This document shows positions 13,070 through 26,365 of a stretch of 64,000 bases of DNA, piece by piece (position 1 is the stretch's first letter; each line of letters opens with the position of its first letter). A program made the position numbers and the translations under genes. A model generated the notes under the pieces. It saw only the letters and a list, made by a program, of their open reading frames with translations. It did no database searches and was not told the DNA's origin. This DNA is from Dipteris shenzhenensis (Eukaryota): assembly GCA_047967505.1 (NCBI GenBank), contig CM106538.1. The stretch is one strand, 5' to 3'.

Positions 13070-13310
13070 TTATACTGCCCAGTGTAAACCTACACCGGCC
13101 AATGTGATTGGGCTAATGCCACGTGGTGTGCTTTCTAACACTACGTGGAATGCAATTGCACGGTATGACCACATGATACCACATGGTGTGTGCCTCAACC
13201 ATCCAGTGTAAGTTTATCGCATGGTTTTACATGATACTGCATGGTATTATTGGGTAATATCATGGGGTGTGGTGTTACACTGCACGGTATACTGTCAGTC
13301 AACTGATACA
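13070..13310. repeat. Second array of the ACCGCGCGGT-like palindrome
   Basis: atgccacgtggtgt, attgcacggtat, ataccacatggtgt, atactgcatggtat and acactgcacggtat; the same motif as at 8090-8250. Confidence 0.65.
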
Positions 13311-13499
13311 CTTTTGTCAGTTTTAAAAATTGCATTTTTTGTGTTTGGAACATTCCCAAACATTTTAAAAGAGAAAAGAACGTTCTTTTCTTTTTTTTAA
13401 TGTACTAAAAAAATCCCAGTTCTCATCCATTCAAATGCTAAGAAGTTGGCGTAGCAATGGACTAAAGACTATAATGGACATCTAGAGCAAGAGCATGTT

Positions 13500-13830
13500 A
13501 ATATTGACTTGCTCCATCCCTAGCTACCTACATTGACTTCCAAGCACCTAGAGCATGTGGGTATATTAGTTCTACCCCAAAAATCAGAGATCCCATCCTC
13601 CATGACCCTAGCCACCTACATTGACTTCCAAGCACCTAGAGCCTATGGGTGCATTAGTTCTACCCCCAAAATCAGATATCCCATGTCCCTCCATGACCCC
13701 CTAATCCTTCTCAAAGACCCACCATTGTTCTTCAAGCACCTAAATCCTAAGATTACAATAGTTCTACACCAAAAATCAGAGATTTCACATCCCTTCATGG
13801 CCTAAACCATCATTAAGAACCCATTATTGT
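13500..13830. repeat. Degenerate tandem repeat with a ~88-bp unit
   Basis: ccctagc(t/c)acctacattgacttccaagcacctagagc...ttagttctacccc(a/c)aaaatcaga recurs; a third copy is partial. Confidence 0.75.
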
Positions 13831-16800
13831 TTCTAGAGTGCCAGTGCATAGCCCCGGTCCCTAAAAGATAAAGAACAAGTTTTGGGACTTGCCAATGGAA
13901 GCCTACCATCTAGAATTTGAGTTTTGAGCAACTACTTGTCCACAAGCAAAGGGCAGCCCAAAATGTGATAATGGCCAAATGGCGAGAACACTAGGGAAAA
14001 GGGCTAGATACTTCTTACAGAGTGCAAACATCATTGTGCACTGGGTTCCTCCCCAAGCTCTCATTCACCAGAGGCATGAGCATGTCAAATCTATCAGGGG
14101 GCCAATGCATTTTATGATGAAGAGATCGATTGCTACTATGAGGAAGAGCATAAGAAGATGCAATCTCAACTTGATAGCTTGTGGGAAGACCATACCAAAC
14201 TGCAAGCTCAGTACGAGGCTATGAGGACTACCCAACTTATAGTAGATTTGTAGTGCGACATGTGATGATTCAATAGAGAGAAAGGCTCACATCGCTTGCC
14301 ACCCTTGCTTCTAAGATTGGCTAGGTGCATGAGGAGCATGTTGCCCTTCGCAGCAAATTGGCTACATTAGAACAGAGCTAGGCCTTGTTGTGATAGCTCA
14401 ATAGTCCCCAAGAGCACTTGAGCACAATCTCTTAGCACCAAGACCATAAGGAGGATGAGGACAATGCATCCAAGAAAGGTGTCCCACTCATAGTCTCAAG
14501 TATCTCCTCAAGACACAAACCCCATCTGCTATACAGAGAAGATGACTGGTATAGAGACCACAGCCAAAGGACAGACCACCCCAACCATACAGTCCATTCA
14601 ATAGGGCTTAGAAGATAGAACTACAAGTACACAAGCCTTATTAACCCTTTAATCCTAAACCTCTTATTGTGTCCTTTGTTCATGCAAAATCGTTTTTCTT
14701 GGGATGCTGGATGAGTAGAATCACACAGACTTGTCCTCTCTATCTCATATAGAAATAGTTAACCAAACATCTCTGAAGCATGCATTTTTATTTGAGACCT
14801 TGGCCATTTCTTATGAAATTTTGCCTATCACCTTTGCACACTTCAGGTGATATGTTGCATTCTATACCCAGCCAAGTGGGTTTTCCATTTTCCTACAAAG
14901 GTTTGGACTTACCATTTAGCAAATGTTGAACTTGGCTCTAGCACCCTCTAGCTCACCATTTTTAGTTCTTCATGGCCCTTGCACCTAGCTGGGTCGCCTG
15001 CCACCCGGAATTTCAACGTATGATTGGGCCTACCATGATTTCAACTTGGAAATGAAGGAGAAAGCCAAAAAGTAGAGAGAGCACTTCCACTCTGAGAGCA
15101 AAGCCATAGTCTAGAGGTACAAGGATGTGTCTTGGACAACCATGGCCAATCTACCTAGATATTAGACATGGCAATTAAATCTAATCAAGAAGTTGATGTC
15201 CCCGTTATCTCTAAAGCGACGACTATGGGGCAGCATGTGTTGACACTTTCCAGGAGTCCCATAAAAAATCCCCACTCTTTGTTCACACACTACAAATCCC
15301 ATTTCAAGGACATAGGCATCGTCCATTCAGCTGCTTGATATGTGGCATGACAACGGACTAAATATTGAAGCCAACATATGGAGTGAGAGTCTGTCAACAT
15401 CGAGTATTTCCATCCTTGGCCACTAGTGCCACTCTGAAGCATGTAGACCTTGTGCACACAATAGTTTTTCTCAGCTTATCAAAAATGCCCTTGACCCTCC
15501 TCTTCTCCAACCCTCTCAAAACTTCCCTTGTCTCTGCAATGAAGATAGCACCCAGTCCCCAAACAAAAAAAGACTTATTATGTGCCTTACCAATGGAAGC
15601 CAACTATTTGGCCATCAAATTTTAAACAAAGTCTCATTTGCAACACAAGGCAACCATGAGGACAAGGAAAATGTGAATCTAAGTTGAAATGTTAGCCTCG
15701 GCAGGGCCTCAACTAATATTAGCCAACTTCAATCGAGACCATGAAAGGTTAGCACGGTTGTGATCATGAAAGGTTAGCATGGCCAACTTGGATCAAGACC
15801 ATGTATGCAAGCATGGGTAAAATTAAACTAGGTTTGAATAGTCAAGAAGTGTGACATCGAGTTATCAAGAAAGTCCAACACAAGATATTGTAGGAAACCA
15901 ATCATTAATAGTGGTTCTATGGGTTCCTAGGTCATTCATTCAAAAGGAAGTACATCTCAACCGCCTAAGCCCTAAGTCCATAGGTATATAGGTATGGAAT
16001 CTGAGTTAGAATAAGATCACTCCCATACCCTAGTTTTGTCTTGTGACATCCAGAATAGGCTAGTAGGAGTCAAGTCTTGTTGTGACAAGTGGTGCCTTAA
16101 GCTAAATAAAAGAGAGTGTTTGAGCATGTTCTATTCATAATACAAGTACTATTGTTACCCTATTGTTATGTACTTAGTTTCTAATATGGATCTTTGCAAT
16201 GCTTGTGTTTCTTTGCTACTTATTCACTTGTCTCCATACAACTTTAATCATGTATCACAAACCCTTGTGATAGAACACTTGACATTTGATCTACATCCAA
16301 AGCACCAAGTAGGATTTGCATCTCTAAGAAATCCTAGGAGTGTGAGAGAGGGCATCTTCCTGCCAGCCACTATACACTCACACTGAATGCCAAGCACTAG
16401 TTTCATACATCAACCAAGAGGTGAGGGGAAAATACCATCAAAAAGCATAAATTATTCAAGCTCAATGATCTCTCTTCAAACTTCAAGTAATTAGTCATTA
16501 TGGAGGATGTATTTGATGGTTGTGTGGGTAAGGAAGCAATTCCTTGCAGCAACATAGTGAAGATAAAGGGGAAGAAATTACTATAGAAGCTTGATCCATC
16601 ATTCTTTGACTTCACATGCATTAATGAACATAATGATTTCTCATTGAAGATAATGGGGTCGAATGTAAAATTAGACATGATGAACACTAAACAGATTTCC
16701 ATGGCATTTTAGAAGATAAAGAAGAGTGAGATATTTATTTTTGGTCAGAATGATGGTAGGTAGATTTTAAAAAAAGGTTAGTTCTTCAAAGGCAAAAAAT

Positions 16801-17487
16801 ACAACATCTGGAAATTTAGGAGACGATAGAATTTTGGGAGGTTCCTTTATAACCATGCATGTTCCCCTTGCTTCAATGACCAATGGTTCATCACGTGTAG
16901 ATTGAATCTCTAGACATGCAGATCAAATCTCTAGACAAAGGGAAGAAAAGGACAAAGAAGGAGCATAAACTACATGTCTTTGATGCTTACTTTCCATTTG
17001 GATCAAATGCAAAGTTTCCTATCCTAGTTGACAAGTGTATTGAAGGACCACCACTATATGCATACATGACGCTTTGTTGGGACTGAGTGTAGAAGCTGGG
17101 AGTGGCTTTTCGAAAAACCGAATGAATCCTACAATTGCTACTTATTTACACAAGAAGATAGTATAACTTAACCATTGGAGAAGGAAGAAGTGGATGCTAG
17201 CAAGATGTAGAATTATGAATATGGGATTGTATTGGGGCTCCATTCTATCACTGCTACAAGTTCCAAGTAGCCTTAAAGGAACCTCACCTCATTTTCTAGA
17301 GACAAAGCACCTATATGCTACAAGGAATTCTAAAATTATCATCATGCATATGTGCATTGAAATTGCACATGACAAACTTAGAGTTACACCATGTCATGAA
17401 AAATGCTTCTTACCTTGAACAAATCCAACAATTGCAAAATCAATAGATAGCATTTGGGTCTCCAGCAAAACCAGAGCAAGGGATTCA

Positions 17488-20400
17488 AAGGGTTTGTATA
17501 TATTATACAATTTCAACTAAATGTAGTGTACAATTAGTCATTTGTGGTGTGCTCTCTAGTTGTGCCCTCTCTCCTCATTTCCACTCTTCTCCTCTCCCCT
17601 CTTCATATTTTGTCATGGTATCAGAGCTCCCTTGACTTCCGCTGAGGCATTGCGATCCATGTGAGAGAGTGTGATAGATTGAGAGTGATTGAGAGATTGA
17701 ACTCCCATCCTTTCATTCCGTTGATGAAAGATTTCCATTCATTCCTTTATGAATTTTGATCATTGAAGGATTTTTGTTTAGTTCAGTGTGAGCTTGAGTG
17801 ATCATTATTCCATGTGAGAGAGAGAGTCCCTTGAGAGTTTTCTTTGAGAGATTTATGTCTTCAAGTCAAGAGAGAGATAGACATTTGTTTGAAAGAGAGA
17901 TATATTCTCCTTCTCCTTAGGTAGAGAGAGAGAGCTTCTCTACTATCCTACTGAGTCGTTCTTCCACAAGAGAGAATCTCTTCAAGGATCTATTACTCCA
18001 CCCAGAAGACTCTCACGGGCAGCTAAAATCAACATTAGCTCTCGGGCTACTCAACGAGCTGCCACCCAGAGAAAACTGCAGCAACCCTGCTTGGACAACA
18101 AATGATAATTTCCCTACAGCATTAAGAGCCGAAACATGCAATGAGCAATAGCTCCTCCAACTGACGGATTCCATGTCCATGGTAGCAGCACTCCAACCCA
18201 ACTAAGCCTCAAACGGTGTCTCCTCCTCCGACTTCTGCTATGGCTCTACACAACCCTTCTCCACAATGGGCTACACCACCAGTGACTCGAACACCTGGGT
18301 GACTCAACAAGCCATGGCTCTTCCTCCTGCATATAGGCAATGAAGGCAAGCAAGAACGACTTCTTCCTATCTAGAGTAGTCCCGACTCCTTGCGCAACTC
18401 TCTGCCCACTCCGTTGTCAACAAACTCTTCTACGCCATCAACGGCTTTTCACACCCAACGGCTAGCAGCACCGTTGCTACGTAAAGTACCAAATAGCTCG
18501 TCGATGCGATCTCTCGGAACGACTCTTCTACGGGCTCCTTTCCTCCACGGGCAACACAAGGCCAACCGCACCAACAACCTGCATCATTAGAAGCTCCTTG
18601 CATAGCCATCAAAACACCCGACTACAAAGCAACGCTACGACCACATCTCACAACATCAGAAGGCGCCTCCATCAAACATAACAAGCCGACGATAGAAATG
18701 GCATTGTCGGCGGAAATTCAAGACCAGCAACAAAATCTGAGTAGATTTCGTTAGTGTCTTCTTAGATTTTGGCCATATCACCAAGGTCTCCTCTAGAAGA
18801 CACACGGCGAGGCTTATCTTAACATGTGTCAATCCCTCAGCATCTTATCTCTCCATGCCATCATCTCGAGGCACACTGCCACATCAGCAGGCTAGTTGAG
18901 TGACATGTGGCACACTTATCCACACAATGTGACATCATTAGAGTTGACCAGTCAACATCCACATCAGCAACCTAGTCAACCTGCCATATCATCAACTAAC
19001 TCACCACTACCACATTAGCTTTGACCAAGTCAAAGGTCCACATCATCTGTGACACCTCACTGTCCAACTCAACATTGCCACGTGGCACTGACCTCTTACC
19101 AGGCACACATCACTACATGTGAACTAGGCTACCACCTCACCAATGCTCTATTAGCACACCTCTCCACAGGCACTATTACTACATGTGACTCTGAGTGCGA
19201 CATCACCATTTTCACCTTTTTTTTCCCCTCCACATTGATCAAGCGATATCTCTTAATCAAGAAATAATTTGAGGGCACTCCAAAAAAGAAGAATGCTTGA
19301 TTTTTTGTGCTCCATGTGCTTGTCACATCACACAAGCATTTCAGTGCAAGTATCACACACTTTTGAGCCTCACTGACAAATCCACTTCTTGCATGCACAT
19401 CAACCTCTACATTGACGCATCTGACCTAGCACTTAAAAGAATAAAGAAAATGATCTATTTCTTGCTTTTACATCACTCGACGGTTGGTCTAGATCATCCA
19501 TATCAGAGAGAACTCCAAAGCAGCCAATTGAAGCCATGCCACAAAATTCCTAAATAGTTCCTACTCGGAGTCAGTGCCTTCACTCACATGCGGTTTCACA
19601 TCATTACATTTCCTAAAACCTAACGTTCCACAATTTAGTGAGCAGACTTCAGAGTGTTCAAAGGCATTGCCGATTATTCAGTGGTGGGCAGATTGCACAT
19701 AATTTGATTTTACACACACATGCCATAATTCTAAAGCCTATTTAGCTATTTTTTGGCATTGTGCACATCATTTCAAGCCTTGTAAAGCCTCTTGGATATT
19801 CCCAACATCATTTGCCACAAGCCTTGTAACAGATGGATTATATATTGCAGCTCTATCTTCACCAACAGTTCAGATTTCACTTGATACAGTCAGTCTATTG
19901 CAATTGATTTAGACAGTGATTTCACAGACACTTGAGTACATTTCTTACGCCATGTCTACAACTAGCAACCCTAATTTGGAGACATATGCTAAGCTAGACA
20001 ACTCCAATTACGGCACATGGGAAATACCAAATGGAGACCATTCTTGTACTTCAAGACAAATGGGAGTATGTCAATGGATCTACATCTAGACCATTGGAGG
20101 ATCCAATCTCAGTAGTAGCTCTACTCCACCTATTGCCACAGCACCATCTCACATTGAGAAACCAGATAAACCATAGTTTCTACAACAGTAGTGAAACTGG
20201 TCATGCTTATGTACTCATAATCAAGGATTACAACAATCAAGTCGTAACAGCAGGAGAGACTATGAATCCCGCAAGAATGGTTCAAGTCATCTTGAATGGA
20301 CTACGAGAGGGATACAAGAATCTAGTTCAGAGTATTGCCATTCAATGGCAAATTTCAACACTGGAGCTTTAGTCAGTGTCACTTCGTGAAGAACTCAGGA

Positions 20401-23400
20401 TGCAAGACATTCACACATGCAAAGGTCATTCCAATGATCAATCATTCACAACTTCAGATAAAAGCAAAGGTAGAGGCAGAGTCAGAGGTAGATCACTCCA
20501 GCGAAGTGGTCATCATCAACAACAAAGCCATCAAAGTTAGCATCAGCATCATCCCCAGCATCAACAACATCAGCATCAGCAAAAAGAAAATCATTCCAAC
20601 GGAGGAAGATTCCAAGGATGAGGAAATGCATACACCGACGTATCAAACATTCAGTGCAAAAACTATCATAAGTTTGGACACTATGAAAGAGATTTCTGCA
20701 AGAAGCAGTACGACCAAGGCGGTCAATCCAGTGGCAATCGAGGGAATTTCTGAGGAAGAGGAAATCAACGCGGTGGACATTCCAATCACAGTCATTATGC
20801 CAATAAACTTGAGAATATGTTCCTTGCAAGCGGGGATATGCAGAAGACTAAAATAGTGTATCTTGACATTGATTACAATTCGAAGGGTAATACAATTATC
20901 AAGTCGACCAAGCAGATCAGGATCCTTGGTACATCCACAGTGGTGCATCATCTCATATGACAAATCATCAAGAATGGTTCATAGAGATGAAACCATTAGA
21001 AGAACACAATAACATTATATACACTGCAAATAACATACTGAATCCAGTTCAAGGGAAAGGCATTGTCCCTATGAGCAATTTCACTGGTACGAAAGGATTG
21101 GTGAAAGATGTACTCTATGTTTCGAAACTCAACAAGAACCTCTTGTTAGCAAGTCAAATGATGAAACACAACTACCGAGTTATCTTTGATGGAGATGAAT
21201 GTTCAGAGAAAAATCCAGAGGATTTTAGCTAGTAGGAAAAGGAGTCAAGGAAGGATGCTTCAGAATGCTAGCCAACAGTACTAGATTTGCATGCCATATC
21301 AGCTCAACCATTAAAACAGATGCCACTTTCCACAAAATGGCACAAGAGATATGGACATGTCAATTTCAAAAGCTTGATAGAGCTCAAAAATCAGAAAATG
21401 GCAATTGGAATTTTGAAACTTCACTTTCTTGAAAAAGTTTGCGAAGCATGTTTCTTTGGTAACCAAAAGCGAACCAATTTAGGCAGAAGCATCTCTCGAG
21501 CACGAGGTATTCTTGATTTCATACACACAAATGTATGGGGTTATGCCCAGACCCGTAGCATCAATACTTGACTTTCATCGATGACTACAGCAGATATTGT
21601 TGGGTCTACTTTCTGAAAGAGAAATCTGAAGTCTTTTCCAAATTTCAAGAATTCAAAGCCATGGTAGAAAACTAGACAGGCAAAAAGATCAAAGTCATGA
21701 GATCAGATAGAGGAGGTGAATGCATGTCTTCAGCGTTCATGAACTTTTGCAGAAGTAACGGCATTCGAAGACAATTCACATGTGCAGATACTCCTTAGTA
21801 GAATGCAAAATCTAAAAGAGAAGAATGGTACTTTAGCAGACAGTGCTAGAGCAATGCTCAGTGAGAAGCATCTTCCAAAATCAGTATTGGGAAGAAGCAA
21901 TAGCCACTACAAACTACTTGCTTAATCACCTTTTGACCGAACCGATTCAAGGTATGACACCTTATGAAGCATTCACTGGACACAAGCCATGCATTGGGCA
22001 TCTCGCATATTTGGTTGCATAGCATATGCCCACATACATGATGATCATCGCAAGAAATTGGATGCGAAGTCACCTAAATGCATCATGGTTGGCTATAGTG
22101 AAGAAAGCAAAGCATACGAGCTATATGATCCCATAAACTAAAAGGTCATTATCTCCAAAGATGTAATCTTTGATGAGGAATTTGAATGGAAAACCTCAAA
22201 TACACAGGAGATAGAAACACCGGCTACACAGTCATCTACAAAAACGATTGATGAAGAAAAGTAGGAATTGCCAAAAGCACCTTGAGAAGAGCCAAAGCAA
22301 GTCAGACAGTCTACTGGGGAAAGCAGATTACCAACCAAATTAACATATGATCAAAAAGGCAAAGCTATTCAGGTTCAAACCACCAAGTATGCTCTTATGA
22401 CTATCATCATGGCTACAAAAGAACCAGTGTACTTCAAAGACTCAGTTGACAAGCCAGAATGGCAGACTGCTATGAATGAGGAAATGGAAGCTTTGTACAA
22501 AAGTTATACTTGGGAATTACTCAACCTTCCACTAGGAAAGAAGGTCATAGCAAACAAATGGGTTTACAAAGTGAAGTATAATCCAGATGGAAGCATTGAA
22601 AGATACAAAGCCAGACTAGTTGCAAAAAGATTTGTACAACAATATGGTCAAGATTATGATGAGACTTATGCTCCATTCGTAAAGATGGATTCCATATAAT
22701 TCTTGATGTCACTAGTGACACTAAGTAGATGGAATGTGTATCAGCTCGATGTCAAGAATGCTTTTTCCAATGGTTATCTAGACAAGAAAGTCTACATGCA
22801 ACAATTATCTAGACAAGAAAGTCTACATGCAACAACCAACAGGTTATGTTGGGAGCCAGGACAAGACAATCAAGTTTGCCATCTCAAGAAAAGTCTCTAC
22901 TTCTTAAAGCAAGCACCCAAAAGTTGGTACATCAGAATAGACAAGTATTTTTCTAATCTGGGATACATGAAGTCCAATGCAAATCATACTCTCTACTACA
23001 AAGTTCAAGCGAAAGACATTACTCTTGCACTTTTGTACGTAGATGATCTAACTGTGACCAAAAGCAATGATAGCTTCATAAGAGCTTCATCAAAAAGCTA
23101 AAACAAGACTTATCTGCAGAGTTCAACATGAAAGATCTTGGACTTATGCACTATTATCTTGGTATTGAGTTCTGGAGAGATTCAGACATCACCTTCATGA
23201 GTCAGCTAAAGTATGTTGACAGTATCCTGAAGAAGTTTCATATGGCAGATTGCAAGATTGCAAACACTCCCATGGAATAGAGTTTGAAGCTTACAAAAGA
23301 TTCAAAAAATCCTACAGTCAATGAGAGGTACTATCGACAGCTCATCAGATCTCTTATATATCTATCACACGGACAAATATCTGTTATACAATAAGTTCAC

Positions 23401-24235
23401 TAGCACAGTTTATGTCAAATCCAAAATAGTCCCACTGGAATGTAGCCAAAAGAGTCTAGGTCAAGGTGCTCTATCATGCACCTAAAAGATCCACTCAAGG
23501 ATATGCATTTTTCCTTGGTCAAGGTGCTCTATCATGGTTGTCAAACAAACAGCCAACTATTTCTGTCTTCAACATAAGCAAAATATAGAGCACTCACTAC
23601 AAGTGCATGTGAGGCTATATGGCTCTAAAGACTATTGTCAGAAATAGATTACTTTGATGAATCAAAGCCAACAACAATATACTATGATAATCAATCGGCT
23701 CAAGCATTGGCCAAGAATCCAGTATATCACTCCAGGACAAAGCACGTTGATGTCACAAAGCACTTCATTAGAGAAAGAGTATTACTTGGTGACATCATAC
23801 TACAACATTGCAATAGCAAAGAAAATGTTGTAGACATCTTTACCAAACTACTTGGCAAAGAGCTTTTCGAGAAACACTGTGACAAGCTCTTGGTTTGACA
23901 CAAAGGAAGGACATTCCCATTAAAGGGGAGTGATGGAATGTAATGCTCAACCTTTTTCAATTCCCCAAAATTGTCATCTTGAGAGAAGGCCTACTTCATC
24001 ATGTTGATCTTGAGGGAAGGTGTTGAGAAACCATGCTCAACATCATGTTTCAATATGTGCATAGCACTAACCCAATATAGTGCTATAAAGAAAAGTGTTA
24101 GATCCCCTAGCCCTTACCCTAAAAGGGTTTTATATATTCTACAATTTCAATAGTTACTCATTTGTGGTGTGCTCTCTAGCTGTGCCTTCTCTCCTCATCT
24201 CCACTCTTCTCCTCTCCCCTCTTTATATTTTGTCA
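17488..24235 (+). mobile_element. Near full-length degenerate Ty1/Copia LTR retrotransposon
   Basis: The 5' LTR remnant 17488-17615 matches the end of the 3' LTR 24021-24235. PBS TGGTATCAGAGC at 17616. Long leader, gag from ~19952 (KLDNSNYGTW), GAG-pre-int WHKRYGHVN, integrase, RT (KYNPDGSIERYKARLVAK, LLYVDDL) and RNase H (KNPVYHSRTKH). PPT GAGGGAAGG. Confidence 0.92.
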
Positions 24236-24710
24236 GTAGCAATATAGGTAGCTCTCACTCAAAGCTCAAACATGATTCTCACGTATGCCTTGTTTCCAGT
24301 TTCCTGTGGAAAATTCAAGACTAGTTTATTCCATTAAATAATATCAAGTCATTGTATACTAGGACAAAGTCTAATGAGGAATGATTACAACAATTAACTT
24401 TTTGTGTTATTTAAAGTATAAGCCTCATCATGTCCTTGTGTCCAATACAAGGATCTGTGGAGTTTTCTTGTTCGACGGATTGCATCTCTTTTCCATTCTT
24501 GTAACTCATAATATTTACATGTGTGACTAAGATGCTGCTAATGGCAAGTTATAAGATATATTTTGAAGCCTTTATCTTATAGCATGAACTAGGTAAAGAG
24601 ATAAATAGAGCAAAGTAATCTTGTTCCAGCAATAGAAATCTAGAGAAAGAAGGGAAACTCTTTTCTTTTGGAATGCTAGTATGTTGTTGCAATCCTTTCC
24701 TCTTATGAAT

Positions 24711-25186
24711 CCACATTTGCAATAACTCTGGGAGCCATTGGAGTGATACCTATGGACCATTCATGCTTGCATAGCTCTCACAAGGAGTAGCTTGGAGTTG
24801 GAGGCTCCATTGGCATTCCTTCAACATTTATTTTGCACCATCAAGAGCCCATTTGTGCTTGCTTGTAATGTCCTTGTTTGGACTCATGGTCTTTCACCAT
24901 CATGGTACATTCTTGAAAGGGTTTCTCTTGTGGGTCCACATTTGCAACCACTCTGGGAGCCATTGGAGTGATACCTATGGACCATTAATGCTTGCATAGC
25001 TCTCACAAGGACTAGCTTGGAGTTGGAGGCTCCATTAACATTCCTTCAACATCCTCAAACACATCACACTGGAGACTATACACAACCCCTCAAATCTTTC
25101 TTTATATTCTTGTTTCTTATTTTGCACCATCAAGAGCCCCTTCGTGCTTGCTTGGTCCATCCTTGTTTGGACTCATGGTCTTTCAC
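24711..25186. repeat. Imperfect tandem duplication with ~226-bp spacing
   Basis: ccacatttgcaa..ctctgggagccattggagtgatacctatggaccatt.atgcttgcatagctctcacaagga at 24711 and 24937; the second copy has an internal insertion. Confidence 0.85.
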
Positions 25187-26365
25187 TAGTCACCCTTTGC
25201 TTTGACTCATTTGACCTTGGACCTTCGTCTTGCAATTTAATCTTCTGCCTTTAGTTGTTGTCTTTTGTCCTTTGAGCCATGCCTTTAGCATGTCTCATTC
25301 TATCGGGGTAAAATCAGAACCCAAATATCAAGAAAGTCTAATTGTCATACCCAAATCTTCGCCCCTGATGCCTTGAAGACAGTAGTCAGTGCTCGAACTT
25401 TCCTGTCTTTTACAACATTGAATTTGTTCAATGCCATATGTATGCGGGTCTTCATCTCTCTCCTAGCAACTTTCTTTGGGTAGTAAGCCATCCTTTAGGA
25501 CAAAATGGATCGACAGCTACTGTGATAAGGAGCTGAAAGAGATCAAGTTGCTACAAAGGCAAGCCCAAGAGAAAGCCAAGGCTAGGGATGCTAAGATTTG
25601 GTAAAAATCATCTAAGACCATATCAAGAAACTCTTGAGGATGAGGATACCTTTGATAATCTAACCATAGAGATCCAGCCAAGTTGCTTGTGCATTGGTGG
25701 ATCAAACAATCAAAGTGTTGGTGGATCAAACATTGATAACAATCAAAGCATTAGTGGATCCGAGTACTTTATCGCACAAGAGGTATGGGAGCGTCTACAA
25801 CAATGGATACCTCGTAACACTACTACTGGGAAAATTAGAGTCATTAATTAATGGCCAAGATATACCACAAATCGATTGGCGAGAGAGGATAGCTACACTC
25901 ACAAATGATGGTCGAACCTTTGTGGCATCTCTTTGCAAGGATACCATGGCCACACCTCGTATAGAAGTACTCCTCTTGCCAGTAGCCATGAGTACCATGA
26001 TAAATTCAATGGTCCAATCCTCATCATTGACACAACGGAAATGAAGAAGACAGACGCAAAAAGATTTGGGTCAGGAAGGATCGCATTGCTTCGAAGGAGA
26101 AGATCAAATGTGGATTCTATGTACATCACGTCATTGGTCACCTACTTCTTCAAACATACAATGTGGACATGACAAGGTGCATTCTAATGTGACACCTAAC
26201 CTTCTCCCGCTTGCCTCAAGGATGAGCATCTACCTCCACAACCGCAATGGCATGAGTGGGGACTGAAAGGTATTGAATATGTAACATCCACAATGGCAAA
26301 TGTACCAACTATAGTCACACAAAAACCTACTTCTTGAAATAGGGTAGAACCCCAAGAACCTATGG

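Noticed and set aside
8090-13830. Short repeat arrays as possible CRISPR-like arrays
   Set aside because: Eukaryotic TE context, no constant repeat with unique regular spacers, and no cas genes.
13850-16400. Possible decayed retroelement ORF and LTR
   Set aside because: No diagnostic motif, LTR pair, clear PBS or TSD could be established by eye.
25480-26360. Coding-like sequence upstream of the Copia fragment
   Set aside because: Probably a TE remnant, but no assignable motif was found.
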